From NCBI RefSeq assembly GCF_009914755.1, contig NC_060934.1: 64,000 bases of DNA. One strand, written 5' to 3'. The notes beneath the pieces were generated by a model. The model worked only from the letters and a program-made list of their open reading frames with translations. It did no database searches and had not been told where the DNA came from. Shown here in pieces: positions 33,062 to 48,459 of this stretch. The stretch is from the human T2T-CHM13v2.0 reference genome, Homo sapiens. A program made the position numbers and the translations under genes. Position 1 is the stretch's first letter, and each line of letters starts with the position of its first letter.

Positions 33062-33117
33062 GAAAATCATTCTTACACCTACTGTCCTGGAGCTGACTTC
33101 AGTTTAAAATCCCCTCA

Positions 33118-33516
<399 letters not shown>

Positions 33517-33739
33517 TCAATCCAGTTTAGATGCTACTCTTCTTTGTGAAACCCCTCTTGGCCAGTCCAGCCAGCAATGACCTCCTCCTCATACCCAAAC
33601 CCACCCCGCATGGGCTTGCCATTCACTAGGCTCTGTGACCTTGTCGGAGCCTTAGCTGCTTCAATGGGGTGGAAATTTTTCAGCGGTGATTAAGTGGGGA
33701 AAAAACTGAGAGAAGGATCAAATGTAAGGCAGTGTGGCT

Positions 33740-34400
33740 GCTTCAGGTTCGGGTTGCCTCCATCGCGCCTGGGAGAGCTCTCCCCACCCGGCCCCGAACT
33801 CCCGAGCCCCGTGACCGCCCGGAACGTCTCGCGGTGGCCCGATGACTCACTGAGGTGGACCATGGTGCCGCCGGCGTGCGGCTCCTCGGAGAGCCCCGCT
33901 ACCCGCACGCACCAGCTCTACGGCCTTGGCAGGGCAGAGAACAAACACAGAAAGAACCTGCAAGCCGACACCAGGCCGCACCGCCAAGCGGTACAAGCCC
34001 GAAAACCTCGACTCCGGAAGCGGATGATCCGCTCGCCACGCCTCCTCCGCTTGCCGCCCTATACTTCCCACAATGCAACACGGTGACCCCTAACGTACCT
34101 TAAACTGCTGCAAAAGAGGCGTTTCTCGTGGTGTCTTGTGGGAGTGGCGGTGCGATCCCTCTCAGACTTGTGAGTCCCTGCTGGAGTCAGAAGTTTTAGG
34201 CGAATCCCAGGCGCGCCAAGGAAAGTGCTACAAAAGCCATCCATCTTGCAAGCGTTGGTGCCGAGGCGCAACGCTGAGAACGCAAATACTAAAGGGCGCT
34301 GTTCTTTCCTCGTGGAGCTCACAGTCCGCTGGGGAGACCGTGAGATGACAGCAGAGAAACTAGCGCGATCAGTAGTACTCAGCGCAAGGACAGCGAGCAG
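33740..34400. promoter_or_regulatory. CpG island promoter of MRPS16; tandem ETS/GABP-like CCGGAAGCGGATG (34014-34026), ZNF143/Staf-like TTCCCACAATGCA (34065-34077)
   Basis: CpG density and motif matches typical of nuclear-encoded mitochondrial gene promoters. Confidence 0.8.
33851..33863 (-). CDS. MRPS16: MRPS16 exon 1 coding part (MVHL)
   Basis: Strong Kozak gcaccATGG, 13 nt, then gtgagt donor. Confidence 0.92.
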
Positions 34401-35355
34401 AGAAGGCAAACCTAGTGCTTGCTAAGGAAGACTTCACAGAGGAGGTAGTGTCAGGGCCGAGACTAGGAGAAGGATTGTAAGTGACTAGATTTTACTTTAT
34501 CCTTCTCGTTAACCAAAATTAATTTACCTCTCACCTTTTCTCCTGTTGTCGTCCCACCCCTATCGAGGCAGTCACACCTTAAAAAAAAAAGGAGGGGTTA
34601 TTCCTGCTTTTGCCGTGCTGTGATCCAGGGCAGAGGTGAAGTATGATTTTTTTTTTTTTTATCTGTAGCCCTAGAATATGACCTCGGTGATGAGGGTAAC
34701 GGTGTCTCCTTGGAGCCCTAGTGGTTTAGATCCATGAAGATGCCTGTGTTTGGTGAGAAGGTGTCAATAGCTCCACCTTCAGCAAAGACCTCTCTGTTCA
34801 GCTTTTTCGTTTACTGTTAGTTCCAAAGGGCTAGCATGCTCTTTGCCCTAATACAGTGACCCAGCATAGCAGTCTTCCTCCAGGGCCACCTTTGAAAATG
34901 ATGCCTTAATTCCTGTATTTCAGTTAACTGAACCTGTCCAGAAACCTTAGCACCTGACTTCCTCCAGGAGTGATCCAATAAGCTTTCATCAGAAACCCTA
35001 ATAATGACCCCACTATACCTTAATTTTATTGTATGTATATATATGCCATATAATTATTATAGCAATTACACTATAGTTATTTATATAACTAAATACCTAC
35101 ATGTAACTCAGTATACGTTAACTCCAGAACCATGCTGATGAATTTTGAGTTTCATATCTCCATTTTTTTATTGTGACCCAGTTTCTCGTCAACCAGTAAA
35201 ACATCCAGTAACACAGCCAATGGAAATAAATGAATGGGTCTCTGTTTATAGTGAAGATTCTTTCGTTCTCCAGCTCCAGGCTTCATACGGTAAAACTCTC
35301 TGGGAAGGAAAGGAACTCAGAGTCCCATGCAGAAAATTGTTCAGCTGGAGGGGTA

Positions 35356-35436
35356 TCAGAAAGATGGATTTCCAAAGCCAACTGTTTCCTGTAGTGTGTG
35401 GATCTCTGCAAGCAGAGCCTCATCTTTCAATTTCAG
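35356..35436 (-). CDS. CFAP70: CFAP70 (TTC18) last coding exon (LKLKDEALLAEIHTLQETVGFGNPSF*)
   Basis: tag acceptor, TGA at 35358-35356; minus-strand AATAAA at 35167-35172 and 35025-35030. Confidence 0.9.
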   Translation of the reverse strand: MKLKDEALLAEIHTLQETVGFGNPSF

Positions 35437-36361
35437 CTACATGAAAGAGGAAGAAAGGGAAAGATATATGTCATACGTGATATACTTTATGTGGCTTTGA
35501 AGACCCCTCTTTTGTGGGGCTACGGCTAAAGAACATAGTTCCCTGGGATGGAATTGGCTCTTCCTATTTCCCTACTTCATGAAAACTCCAGTAGAAGACC
35601 TTAGAACCTTGTCCTGGTTACATGGATATGTTTACTTTGTGAAAATTCATCAAGCACTATGCACGGTCATGATTTGTGCATTTTTTTGTAAGATAACTTC
35701 ATTAAAATTTACTTTTTTTATTTTTAAAAAGTGTTCACATTATTACCAGCATCTCTTGGCTAATGCATAGTATTCCCATCTGGCAAGTGATATCAGGGAA
35801 TCAGAGACAGAAATCATAGGCTTATATTAGATCTGGTTTTAGTTTTAGAATCTAGATATGTAGTAGAGACATCTAGGAGCCTACAGAATACCTATTTTTT
35901 CTTACTAACAAAATCTTAATTTCTTTTCAAGGCAGTAATGCAGTCAGCTAAAAAGCCACATTTTCCTGCTTCCCATGCAGCTAGAGGTAGTCATGACCAA
36001 TTGCCACCCAATGAAATGTAAACTAAAGTCATTGGGTAGGACACCTGGAGAAGCCCTTTATTTAGGGAAAGTCCTTTAAAGGGAACTGAAGTAGCATGGC
36101 CCCTTTTTCCTTTTCCCCTTATTGTTCTTTATCTTGCCTGAAACATGAATATGATAGTAAGCTACGCTGGCTGTCTTGCAACTATGAGGGATAGAAACTG
36201 CAGGCTACAATTGGTGGAGCACAAAGATAGATTTTGGGTCCCTGATGACATTGTGGAGCTGCGGTACGAGCCCTGGACTTTTCATTAGATGAGAAAAAAC
36301 TAATTTGTTTAAACCACTGTCTTTCAAGTCAAGTTACTTGCAATTCATAACTAATAGAACA

Positions 36362-36939
36362 GGCCAGGCATGTTGGCCCCCACCTGTAATTCCAACAGTT
36401 TGGGAGGCTGAAGTGGGCGGATCACTTGAGACCAGGAGTTTGAGACCAGCCTGGCCAACATAGCAAAACCCTGTCTCTATGAAAAATACAAAAATTTGGC
36501 CAGGCGTGGTGGCTCACGCTTATAATCCCAGTACTTTGGGAGGCCGAGGCGGGGGGATCACAAGGTCAGGAGATCAAGACCATCCTGGCTAACACGGTGA
36601 TACCCTATCTACTAAAAATACAAAAAATTAGCTGGGGGCAGTGGCGGGCGGCTGTAGTCCCAGCTACTCAGGAGGCTGAAGCGGAGAATGGCCTGAACCC
36701 GGGAGGCGGAGCTTGCAGTGAGTGGAGATTGCGCCACTGCACTCCAGCCTGGGAGACAGAGCAAGACTCCATCTCAAAAAAAAAATTCAGCTGGGCATGG
36801 TAGCACATACCTGTAATCCCAGCTACTTGGGAGGCTGAGGCACAAGAATCACTTGAACCGGGAGGTGGAGGTTGCAGTGAGCTGAGATCGTGCTACTGCA
36901 CTCCAGCCTGGGCAACAGTGCAAGACTCTGTCTCAAAAT
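36362..36939 (+). mobile_element. Nested Alu-in-Alu (insert about 36498-36785)
   Basis: Left arm - full Alu - right arm order. Confidence 0.85.
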
Positions 36940-36967
36940 ATATATGTATATGTAACTGATAGAACAG

Positions 36968-37402
36968 ACCAGGGGTTGTTCATGAGCCAATCCAGCTCAC
37001 TACCTGTTTTTGTTTGTTTGTTTGTTTTTGAGACGGAGCCTCAGCCTCCAGAGTAGCTGGGACCACAGGTGCCCACCAAGACGCTCGGCTAATTTTTTTG
37101 TATTTTTAGTAGAGACGGGGTTTCACCATGTTAGCCAGGATGGTCTCCATCTCTTGACCTTGTGATCTACCCACCTCAGCCTCCCAAAGTGCTGGGATTA
37201 CAGGCGTGAGCCACCATGCCTGGCCACTACCTGTTTTTTTGTAAGTAAAATTGTATTGGAACACAGCCATTCACTTATGTATCACCTATAGCTGCTTGTG
37301 TACTACAAGTGCAGAGTTTAGTAGTTGCAACAGACTGTTTGGCCTACAAATCCCCCAAAATTTCCTATTTTGCCCTTTACAGAAAATGTTTGCTGATCCC
37401 TA
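36968..37402. mobile_element. MER58A split by an Alu (about 37010-37225)
   Basis: Alu TSD CACTACCTGTTTTT; MER58 termini. Confidence 0.7.
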
Positions 37403-37749
37403 GACTAGACCAACCCCTACATATTACACGAGGAAAATGAAGCCCACAATATTATTAACACAGTAAGTTAATGGCAAAACCAGAATCATAATTCAGGTTG
37501 ACTGACTCCCAGGCTATCTTTCTATTAACTATTATATATTCTCTCTAAAGAGCTGGAAGAAAGATCACCTATGGTAATATGTAGGTTGTTATTACAAACC
37601 CAGCAGCCCCACGATAATGGCAAAGATGGTAAGAAAAGCCTCTAGAAAAATATTCACATTATGAAAGTCCTGAATTAAGCCAGTACCTCCCTCCTAATTT
37701 CCCACCCTTAACATGGGGCAGGCAAATGACAGAGGCATCTGTGTCATAC

Positions 37750-37797
37750 CTTGATCATGTACTTGTAGGCCTGCTCAGCTTCTAATTGCCGTCCAAC
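37750..37797 (-). CDS. CFAP70: CFAP70 exon (VGRQLEAEQAYKYMIK)
   Basis: ttttttcag acceptor, AAG/gtatga donor, 48 nt phase 0. Confidence 0.9.
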
Positions 37798-38002
37798 CTG
37801 AAAAAAGTGCAGCAGTTGGTGATGATGACAGGTCATAAACATTATGGTAAGGAAAATACATTGCCTCAGCTAAGGCAGAGGCACCTACACCTAAGGCAGA
37901 GGCTTCTACACCTTCCAGTTAAGAACTTCTGAATTGAGAGGAAAAACTAGCAAATGAAAGGTGGTAGGGAGAAAAAGGTTTTTTTTTTAAAAAATTCCTC
38001 CT

Positions 38003-38394
<392 letters not shown>

Positions 38395-39573
38395 TTAGGA
38401 CTGAAGCCATTCTGTTAATAATAATTAACACTTACCACTCCGTACTATGTGATTTACATTGTTTTCATTATTGATGTTGTTTTTAGTGCTTTATTTAAGT
38501 TCATTCTTAATCCTCAAGACCTAGGAGATAACTACTGTTATTTATTATTCCCAATTTACAGAGAGGATAAGTAACTTGCCAGGGTTATGAAGCTAGTAAG
38601 TAGAGGAGCCAGGTTTAAAACAATGCAGTTTGACTCCAGAGTCCAAGTTTTTAACTACTACATTACTCTGTCTCTAGGAATTAGAAAAAGTAGGTATCAG
38701 AATTACTTCTATGAAGATCTGGATATGAGATAAGAACATTAACTACTCCCCACCAGTTTATATTATTCTTTGCATGAAGCACTCCTCCAGAAGTTAAATG
38801 AGATAATATGAATCCACTATTCTACTTCTTGAGTTTGCTACATAGTTACTTAGAGTATGCAAAGTCACTTGGTAAAGCTTAAATATGTAAGAACCACAGA
38901 ATATTCGTGTCTGAAGGGGACCTGGGGAATATCTAGTCCAATTTTCTGATTAATGCTAGTCCATATGAAAGTTTTACTGGTTCACAAAACTTTCACACCC
39001 TAAACCCTTACTTCCTCCAAATCTACACTTTGAAATGTTCCCAACTGAAGTTCACTGAATTGCCAGCAGCATTTTCCAGCACACCTGCCTTTCCTACCAC
39101 TATTACTTTGTTTCCCTCCTGCCACAGGGAGGCAGAGGCCCAAATGATGTCAGGATCCAGAATAGCCAAAACAATTTTGAAAAATAATTTTTCTGCTATC
39201 ATGAACATTGCTGCAGTAAACATCCTTGTACATTTCTTCTTCTTCTCCTTTTCCTTCTTTTTTTTTTTTTTTTTTGAGACGGAGTCTTGCTCTGTCACCC
39301 AGGCTGGAGTGCAATGGCACGATCTCAGCACTCTCACAGTCTCAGCACTGCAACCTCCACCCCCTGGGTTCAAGCGATTCTCCTGCCTCAGCCTCCTGAG
39401 TAGCTAGGATTACAGATGTTGTATGTGTCTTCTTGTATTTTTCTTAGGATTATATCTAGATATGACATTGCCAAATTGTAGATATGAATGTAACTAAATA
39501 ATGCCACATTGTACTTAAAAGTGGTTATGCCAATTTACATCCAATTACAATTATGAGAGTCTTCATCAGTGCT

Positions 39574-40656
39574 TGTTGTGGGAAGTCAGGGACACTGAAC
39601 GGAGGGACCGGCTGAAGCCATGGCAGAAGAACATAAATTGTGAAGATTTCTTGGACATTTATTAGTTCCCCAAATTAATACTTTTATAATTTCTTATGCC
39701 TGTCTTTACTGCAATCTCTGAACATAAATTGTGAAGATTTCATGGACATTTATCACTTCCCCAATCAATACTCTTATAATTTCCTATGCCTGTCTTTACT
39801 TTAATCTCTTAATCCCATCATCTTTGTAAACTGAGGATGTATGTTGCCTCAGGATCCTGTGATGATTACGTTATCTGCACAAATTGTTTGTAGAGCACGT
39901 GTGTTTGAACAATATGAAATCTGGGCATCCAAAAGGAACAGGATGGCTGTGATTTTCAGGGAACAAGGGAAATAACTATTGGGCCTGACTGCCTGCAGGG
40001 CCGGACAGAACAGAGTCACATTTCTCTTCTTACAAAAGCGAATAGGAGAAATATCGCTGAATTCTTTTTCTCAGCAAGGAACAGCCCTGAGAAAGAGAAT
40101 GCATTCCCAGGGGTAGGTCTCTAAAATGGCCGCTCTGGGAGTGTCTCTCTCTTATATGGTTGTATATAAGGGATGAAAAAAGCCCCGGTTTCCTGTAGCG
40201 CCCCCAGGCTTATTAGGATTAGGAAATTCTTGCCTAGTAAATTTTAGTCAGACCAGTTGTCTGCTCTCAAACCCTGTCTCCTGATAAGATGTCATCATTG
40301 ATAATGCGTGCCCAGTGGGACATGAAACTTCATCAGCAATTCTAATTTCGCCCTCGTCCTGTGATCTCGCTCTGCCCCCATTTGCCTTGTGATATTTTAT
40401 TGCCCTTGAAGCATGTGATCTCTGTGACCCACACCCTATTCGTACACCCCTCCCCTTTTGAAATCCATAATAAAAACTTGCTGGTTTTGTGGCTTGGGGC
40501 ATCACGGAACCTGCCGATGTGTGATGTCTCCCCTGGACACCCAGATTTAAAATTTCTCCTTTTTGTACTCTTTCCCTTTATTTCTCAGACCTGCTGACAC
40601 TTAGGGAAAATAGAAAAAAACCTACATTGAAATATTGGGGGCTGGTTACCCCAATA
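39574..40656 (+). mobile_element. MER11 (HERV-K11/HML-8) solo LTR, probably MER11C/B
   Basis: Starts TGTTGTGGGAAGTCAGGGAC, ends GGGGCTGGTTACCCCAATA; perfect 6-bp TSD AGTGCT (39568-39573 / 40657-40662). Confidence 0.9.
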
Positions 40657-40750
40657 AGTGCTAATACCATACTTTAATTTTTGCCAATCTGATGGTTGTG
40701 AATTTCTGCCACATCATTATTCTAAGTTGCATTCTTATGCTTACTAGTGA

Positions 40751-40945
<195 letters not shown>

Positions 40946-41128
40946 TGATTTTTCCCACAACTTTAAAGTTGGAAACTCATGTATAACAAATGACACTAAA
41001 ATAAAGTTTAAGGACTTATTATAAATATTGGCAGAATTTATAACTAATAGAGGATTAGCATCCAGGTTATATAAGTAGCTGCTACAATAAGGAAAAAACT
41101 CTACAATCTGATTTTAAAATGGGCACAG

Positions 41129-41727
41129 GGCTGGGTGCAGCAGTTCATGCCTGTAATCCCCGCACTTTGCAAGGCTGAGGGGGAAAGATCGCTCGAGCCC
41201 ATGTGTTTAAGACCAGCCTGGGCAACATGGTGAGACTCTGTCTCTACAAAAAATGAAAAAATTAGGCATGGTGGCACACATCTGTTGTCCCAGCTACTTG
41301 GGGGGCTGAGGCAGTAGGATCATTTGAGCCTAGAAGGTCGAGGCAGCAAGTAAGCTGTGTTCCTGCCACTGCATTCCAGCCTGGGTACCAGAGCAAGACC
41401 CTGTCTCAAAAAAAAAAGAAAAAAAAAGGACTTAGATCTTAGATTGTTAGGGCTGGGCACAGAGGCTCATGCCTATAATTGCAGCTCTTTGGAAAGCTGA
41501 GGCATGAGGATTACTTGAGGCCAGGAGTTCAAGACTAGCCTGGGCAACATAGTGAGACTCTGCTCTACACATAATAAAATAAATTATCCAGGAGTGGTGG
41601 TGCATGCCTGTAGTCCCAGCTACTCAGGAGGCTGAAACAGGAGGATCCCTTGAGCCCAGGATCGTCCCACTGCACTGCACTCCAACCTCAGCAACAGAGC
41701 AAGACCCTGTCTCTTAAGAAAAAAACT
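41129..41727 (+). mobile_element. Two tandem AluJ
   Basis: Alu consensus. Confidence 0.85.
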
Positions 41728-42387
41728 TAGGTCTTTAAACCAGTTGGAATTGTGTGTGATGTGTGAGGTAAGGAACTAATTTTTTTTTTAATATGGATAG
41801 TAGCCAGTTGTCCCATCACCATTTAGTGAAGAATCCATTTGTTTCTCATTTTGCAGGTGCTATATAGTGTCTTTATAAAAAAATAGCTATATTAAGGCAT
41901 AACTTACATACCATAAAATTCACTAATTTTAACGTTATGTTGTGCAAGCATCAGCACAATCCAGTGTTAGAAGACTCCTGTTACTCCAAAAAGTTCTTTC
42001 ATGCCTGTTTGCAGTTACTCTCCATCCTCACCTTTAGCTCCAGGCAACCATTGATCTATTTTCCTTATTTCAAATAAATAGAATCAAATAATATATAGTC
42101 TTCTGTGCTTTGCTTTTTTCACTTGCCATAATATTTTTGACATTTATCCATATTGTTACATGAATCAGAATTTCATTTTAACTGCTGAGTAGTACTCCAT
42201 TGTATAAATATTCCTCATTTTATTTACCCATTCACTGATGGACATGTAAAATGTTCCCAGTTTTGTGCTATTATTAAATGCTGTGATAAAAGTTCATATA
42301 CAAATTTTTGTGTGGACATATGTCTTCATTTCTCTTAGCTAGATATAGAGAAGTAGAATTGCTGGCACATATGGTAAATATGTGTAA

Positions 42388-43072
<685 letters not shown>

Positions 43073-43329
43073 GATGGGGTTTCACCATGCTGTCCGAGCT
43101 GGTCTCAAACTCCCAGGCTCAAGCGATTTGCCTGCTCGAGCCTCCCAAAGTGCTGAGATTACAGGCATGAGCCACCATGCCTGGCCTATCTTTTTGATTT
43201 AAGCTATTCTAGTGGGTGTGTAGTGCGGTGTCAATCTGCATTATTTTAAGGGGTATTTTAAAATTTTTTGGACATAATTTCAGATTAAATAAAAGTTACA
43301 AAATCAGTTCTCTCTTCTCTCAGGAAAGA

Positions 43330-43465
43330 ATACATGTACTGTATACATATTATATATATGTATACATATGTATATATGTATATATTATATATGTATATAT
43401 GTATATATTATATATTATATATGTATATATGTATATATTATATATGTATATATATAATACATATA
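43330..43465. repeat. (TA)n / (TATATG)n simple repeat
   Basis: Seen directly. Confidence 0.9.
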
Positions 43466-44148
43466 CAGTAGTCTCCCTTATCTGAGGTTTTGCTTTCCAC
43501 ACCTTCACTTACCCAAGATCAACCTCGGCCCACCAAGATCTGAAAATATTACATAGAAAATTCCAGAAATAAACAATTCATAAGTTTTAAATTGCACACT
43601 GCTATTATGAAGAGCCTGATGAAATCTTGTGCCATCCCTCCCAGGATGTGAGTCATCCCTTTGTCCAGCATATACCCACTGTAGACGCTACCTGCCAGTT
43701 AGTCACTTCATAGCCCTCTCCGTTATCAGATCAGCTGTCATGGTCTCACAGTGCTTGTATTCAAGCCACCCTTATTTTACTTAATAATGGACTCATAGCA
43801 CAAAAGTAGTGATGCTGGCAATTTGGATATGCAAAAGAGAAGCCATAAAGTGCTTCCTTTTCATGAAAAGGTGAAAGCTCTTGACTTAATCAGGAAAGAA
43901 AAAAAATGTATGCTGAGGTTGCTAAGATCTGTATAATGAACTTATCTTTTATCCATGAAAATGTGAAGAAGGAAAAAGAAATTGTGCATATTTAGTAGCA
44001 CCTGTGGGCTATTAGAAAAAAATTTTTAATAATTATTTTAAAAAAGAAATTCGTGCATGGTATATATAGGATTCAGTACTATCCTTTGTTACAGGTATCC
44101 ACTGGGGGGTCTTGGAACATATCCCTGGGGAACAAGGAGGGATTACTG
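43466..44148 (+). mobile_element. MER44/Tigger7 DNA transposon
   Basis: CAGTAGTC...TACTG inverted termini flanked by TA. Confidence 0.8.
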
Positions 44149-46405
44149 TATGTGTGTGTGTATAAAAGTTAGAAAAATATAGAAAAGTTAAAAATATGTA
44201 GAAAAGTTAAAGTATATATGTGTGTGTTTATCTACATAAACACACACCTAACTCTTCCTGAACATTTGCAAGTAAATTAGAGATATGATTCAATTTTAAT
44301 ACTTCAGAGTGTGTTTTCTAAAATCAAGGATATTCTCCTCTATAACCACAGTACAATTATCACAATCAGGAAGTTAGTATAGATAGAATACTATTATCTA
44401 ATCTATAGACCTTATCAAGATTTTTCCAATTGTTCCAATAATATCATTCATTCATTTCTTCATTCACTCATTCATTTATTTGAGACAGGATCTTGCTGTA
44501 TCACCCAGACTGGAGTGTAGTGGTGTGAACAGGTCACTGCTGCCTCGACCTCCTGGGCTCAAGCAATCCTCCCACCTCAGCCTCCCAAGTAGCTGGGACT
44601 ACAAGTGCCATCATGCCCAGCTAATTTTTTTAATGTTTTGTAGAGATAAAGTCTCACTATGTCGCCCAGGCTGTTCTTAAATTCCAGGGCTCAATTGGCC
44701 TCCCAAAGTGCCGGGATTACAGGCATGAGCCACCACGCCCAGCCCAATAATGTCTTTATGAGAAAATAAATCCAAGATCATGCATTGTATTTATTATTTA
44801 TGTCTCCAGTTTCTTTTAATCTGGAATAGTTCTTGAGTCTTTGTGTTTCGTAACACTGGCATTTTTTAAAAATAGAGCACTATTTTGTAAACTATTCCCC
44901 AATTCATATTTGTCTAATGTTCCCTCATAATCATATCAGGTTATGAACTTTTAACAGGAATACCATAAAAATGTTCTGTTCTCAGTGCACCATATCAGGA
45001 AGCACAAGCTGCTTATCTCAATACTTGTGATGTTAACTTTGATCATTTATTACATTGCTATCTGCCAGGTTTTTCTACTCTAATGTTACTATTTTCCCCT
45101 TTGTAATTAATAAGTATCTTGTGGGGAGATACTTTGAGACTATGAAATATTTTCTTACTCCTTGAACTTTTCAACCATAATTTTAGCATACATTGATGAT
45201 TGTCCACTGAATCTATTATGATGGTTTCCAAATTGCGATTTTCCAATTCCATCATTCTTCATACATTTAGCAGTTGGCCTTTGACTGTAAGCTTTCCTTT
45301 CTCTACCACTTATTTGTTTAATTATATCACTGTGGGCTCATAGATTCTTATTTGTAATCCTTTTCTACAAATTATTTATTTGGATGCTCAAATTATCCTT
45401 GTTTTAGCCAGCAGGTGTCCCCACTTCAAGCTAGTTTCTGTTTGTTTTATTTTTTCCCTATGCTGTTTTGATATGTGCCAGTCTTTCTTTGAACATTTTT
45501 TACTTTCTGACTCAACAAGATCTCAGACTCATCTTTTACTTTCCATGCACTAGTTCTGGAATTTTGGCCATCTTCCAAGAAGCCTCTGGTCCCCCCACAA
45601 ACCCTTTCCTTCTAAACTGGACAAATGCCCTAGTTTCTTAAATGGATTTAGAAACCAAGACCTGAGCATTAGATGTGCTTATGCCCCCTGCCACCACTAT
45701 TTATTTTTGAGACACAGGTATTTAGACACATATGAATATATTTCTATAAATACACATATATTTCTATATACCTATTTATACCTGTATCTATTTAATCTAT
45801 CAAACAATGAGCTCTTATCAGTATCTCCCATTCTAATCCACCACTACAAGGTCATTCTATCCTTCTTGTTTCCACATTTGTAACTTCCTTTGAAGCACAG
45901 TGAAAAATGTGACTCCCATTATCCACAACATAATTATTTGTTAAATCATAGAATACCTAGTAATTTCAGAACTGCTAACTCATGACTTTGCAAAAATGAA
46001 GCCTAAAACTATACTCTAAAATGTGTATAAAGGTTTTTTCTCTTTAGCCTGATATATAGTATGTATTAGTCTACATTGCAAAGAATGTTTTCAAAAGTAC
46101 CATGAGTTAATTATTTTTCTGCATTGTCAGTCTAATTACGTTATTCATTTGAAATACAATTTTATTTGGTTTTGTTTGTACGTAATTATGTGGTCTCCCC
46201 ATTTCTTGCTGATTTTCTTTTTTAAAAAATATACGAAACATTAGCATTGTCCCAAAAGTCAGAACTCTACAAAAAGGGACATCACAGTGTCATCCCTCTC
46301 ATTTCCTCCCTCCTCTACCCATGCCCACTCATGTCCTGTAGAATCTACTCTCATTAATCTCGGTTTATCCTTCCTCTGCTTCTTTTTGCACTAAAGAAGA
46401 GATTC

Positions 46406-46700
46406 GGCCGGGTGCGGTGGCTCACGCCTGTAATCCCAGCACTTTGGGAGGCCGAGATGGGCGGATCACGAGGTCAGGAGATCGAGACCATCCTGGCTAA
46501 CACGGTGAAACCGTGTCTCTACTAAAAATACAAAAAATTAGCCGGGCGTGGTGGCCGGCGCCTGTAGTTCCAGCTACTGGGGAGGCTGAGGCAGGAGAAT
46601 GGTGAACCTGGGAGGCGGAGCTTGCAGTGAGCCCAGATCGCGCCACTGCACTCCAGTCTGGGCAACAGAGAGACTCCATCTCAAAAAAAAAAAAAAAAGA
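46406..46700 (+). mobile_element. AluY
   Basis: CpG-rich Alu, TSD AAGAAGAGATTC. Confidence 0.9.
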
Positions 46701-48459
46701 AGAAGAAGAAGAGATTCATGTATATTTTCTTCTTTTTCCTTCTCTCTTATACAAAAGGTGGTATAATCTTGCACTTCACTTTTTTTACTTAATAATATAA
46801 ACTGAAAATCATTCCACATCAGTTCATAGAGATCTTCCTCATTATTTTTATTCAGGGGCATAGTATTCCATTATGTGAATATACCATAGTTTATTTAGAC
46901 ATTCTCCCATGTTTAATAAATGAACTCCATTTAGGTTGTTTCCATTATTTTGCAATTGCAATAATGCTGTAATTAATAACTTGCGCACGCTCATTTTCAA
47001 ATTGCTAGAGGAAGCGCATCATGGTAAATTTCTAGAAAACTCCAATTACTTTTAAATACCATCTACTCAAAACCTAAGTTTCCATATATATGTCAGTCTA
47101 TTTCTGTCTGCCAATTGTTTCACTTACCTACTCTTACACTAATAGCACTCAGTGTTAATTGTTGCAGCTTCATAATAAGGCTTGATATTTAATAGGAAAG
47201 CCACTCTTACTCTTTCTTTCATACTGTCATAGCTATTTTTTTTTTTTTGGTCTTTATTCAACCAAGTGAATTTTAGGATTTATCTCATCAAGTTCCTTGA
47301 AAATATTATGTTATTATTTTTATTGGAATTGCCTTAAACTTAGATATTAACTTAGGGAAAACTTTCATCTTTATGTCATCAGAACTTCCTGCCCATGGAC
47401 ATGGTATATCTTTCTATTAGATTTTCTTTTACAATAAAGTTTTATGATTTTCCCCACACAGGTCTTGAATGGGATTTTAAAAATCAGACTTTCAAATTGA
47501 TTGTTCCTGATTTTGATGACATTGATTTTTATATTGATTTTTATCCAGCAACTTTGTCCATCCACTTCTTTGCGTTAATCTTCATTGACTAAATTTATAT
47601 TATTCAAAAGTCAAAAGGATATAATAAAGCATACAATGAGTTTTGCTTCCACCCGTCTCCCTATACACCCTGTTCCCCAATGACTGCCCTGACTAGTAAC
47701 CATCATTGTTAGTTTTTTATCTACCATTTCAGTAGTGAACTCTTTTATTACATATTTCAGTTTGCTTGTAGATTTTCTTGGGTTCCTACCTAATCCTTTT
47801 ACCTTCAGTTTCTTTTATGTGTGTATGTATATGTGTTATTGCCTTAATGGAACCTCCAGTATAGTTTCAAGTAGAAGTGACGATAACATTTTCCTTATCT
47901 TGTTCCTGACTTCAAAAGGAATGCTTCTAACTTTTCACCATTTCATATAATAGTTTAGATTTTGGGACATGTAGTTTCAGATTTTAAAAAAGCTAGTTTG
48001 CTTTTTTAAAAAGTCATGAATGGGTGTTAATTTTAGCCAATGATTTAGTTTTTAAAATAATTAATAGAATAAGAATAGCCTATGATTTTAATTTAGTCTC
48101 CATTTTGCTGCTAATATTATTTGTGTCTTTCCATTTTAAACAAAATTCTTAGTCATGCAAGAGGTTTGTCTGTTCACTAGTCTCTGCAAAAAACAGCTCA
48201 TAATTTTGTTAATCCTATTATGTCCTTGTTGAAATTTTCATTTATTTCTACTCCTTATCATTTTCTCAATTATCATTTCTTTGAGTTTCCTTGCTTTCCC
48301 TTTACTACTTTATTTATTTAAAAATTAATTCATTGATTTTCAATCTTTGTTTCTAACATATGTATTTAAGGCTATAAATTACCCTCTATTTATTGCTTTA
48401 ATTTTATCCCATAATTCTAATATATATTGGCTTTGTTTTTATTCAGCCTCATTTCAGTT

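Noticed and set aside
33694-34425. Several overlapping 60-130 aa ORFs at the MRPS16 promoter
   Set aside because: CpG-island artefacts with no recognisable domains
37870-37911. 21-bp tandem duplication CTAAGGCAGAGGC..CTACAC x2
   Set aside because: Only two copies with no spacer; ordinary slippage, not an array
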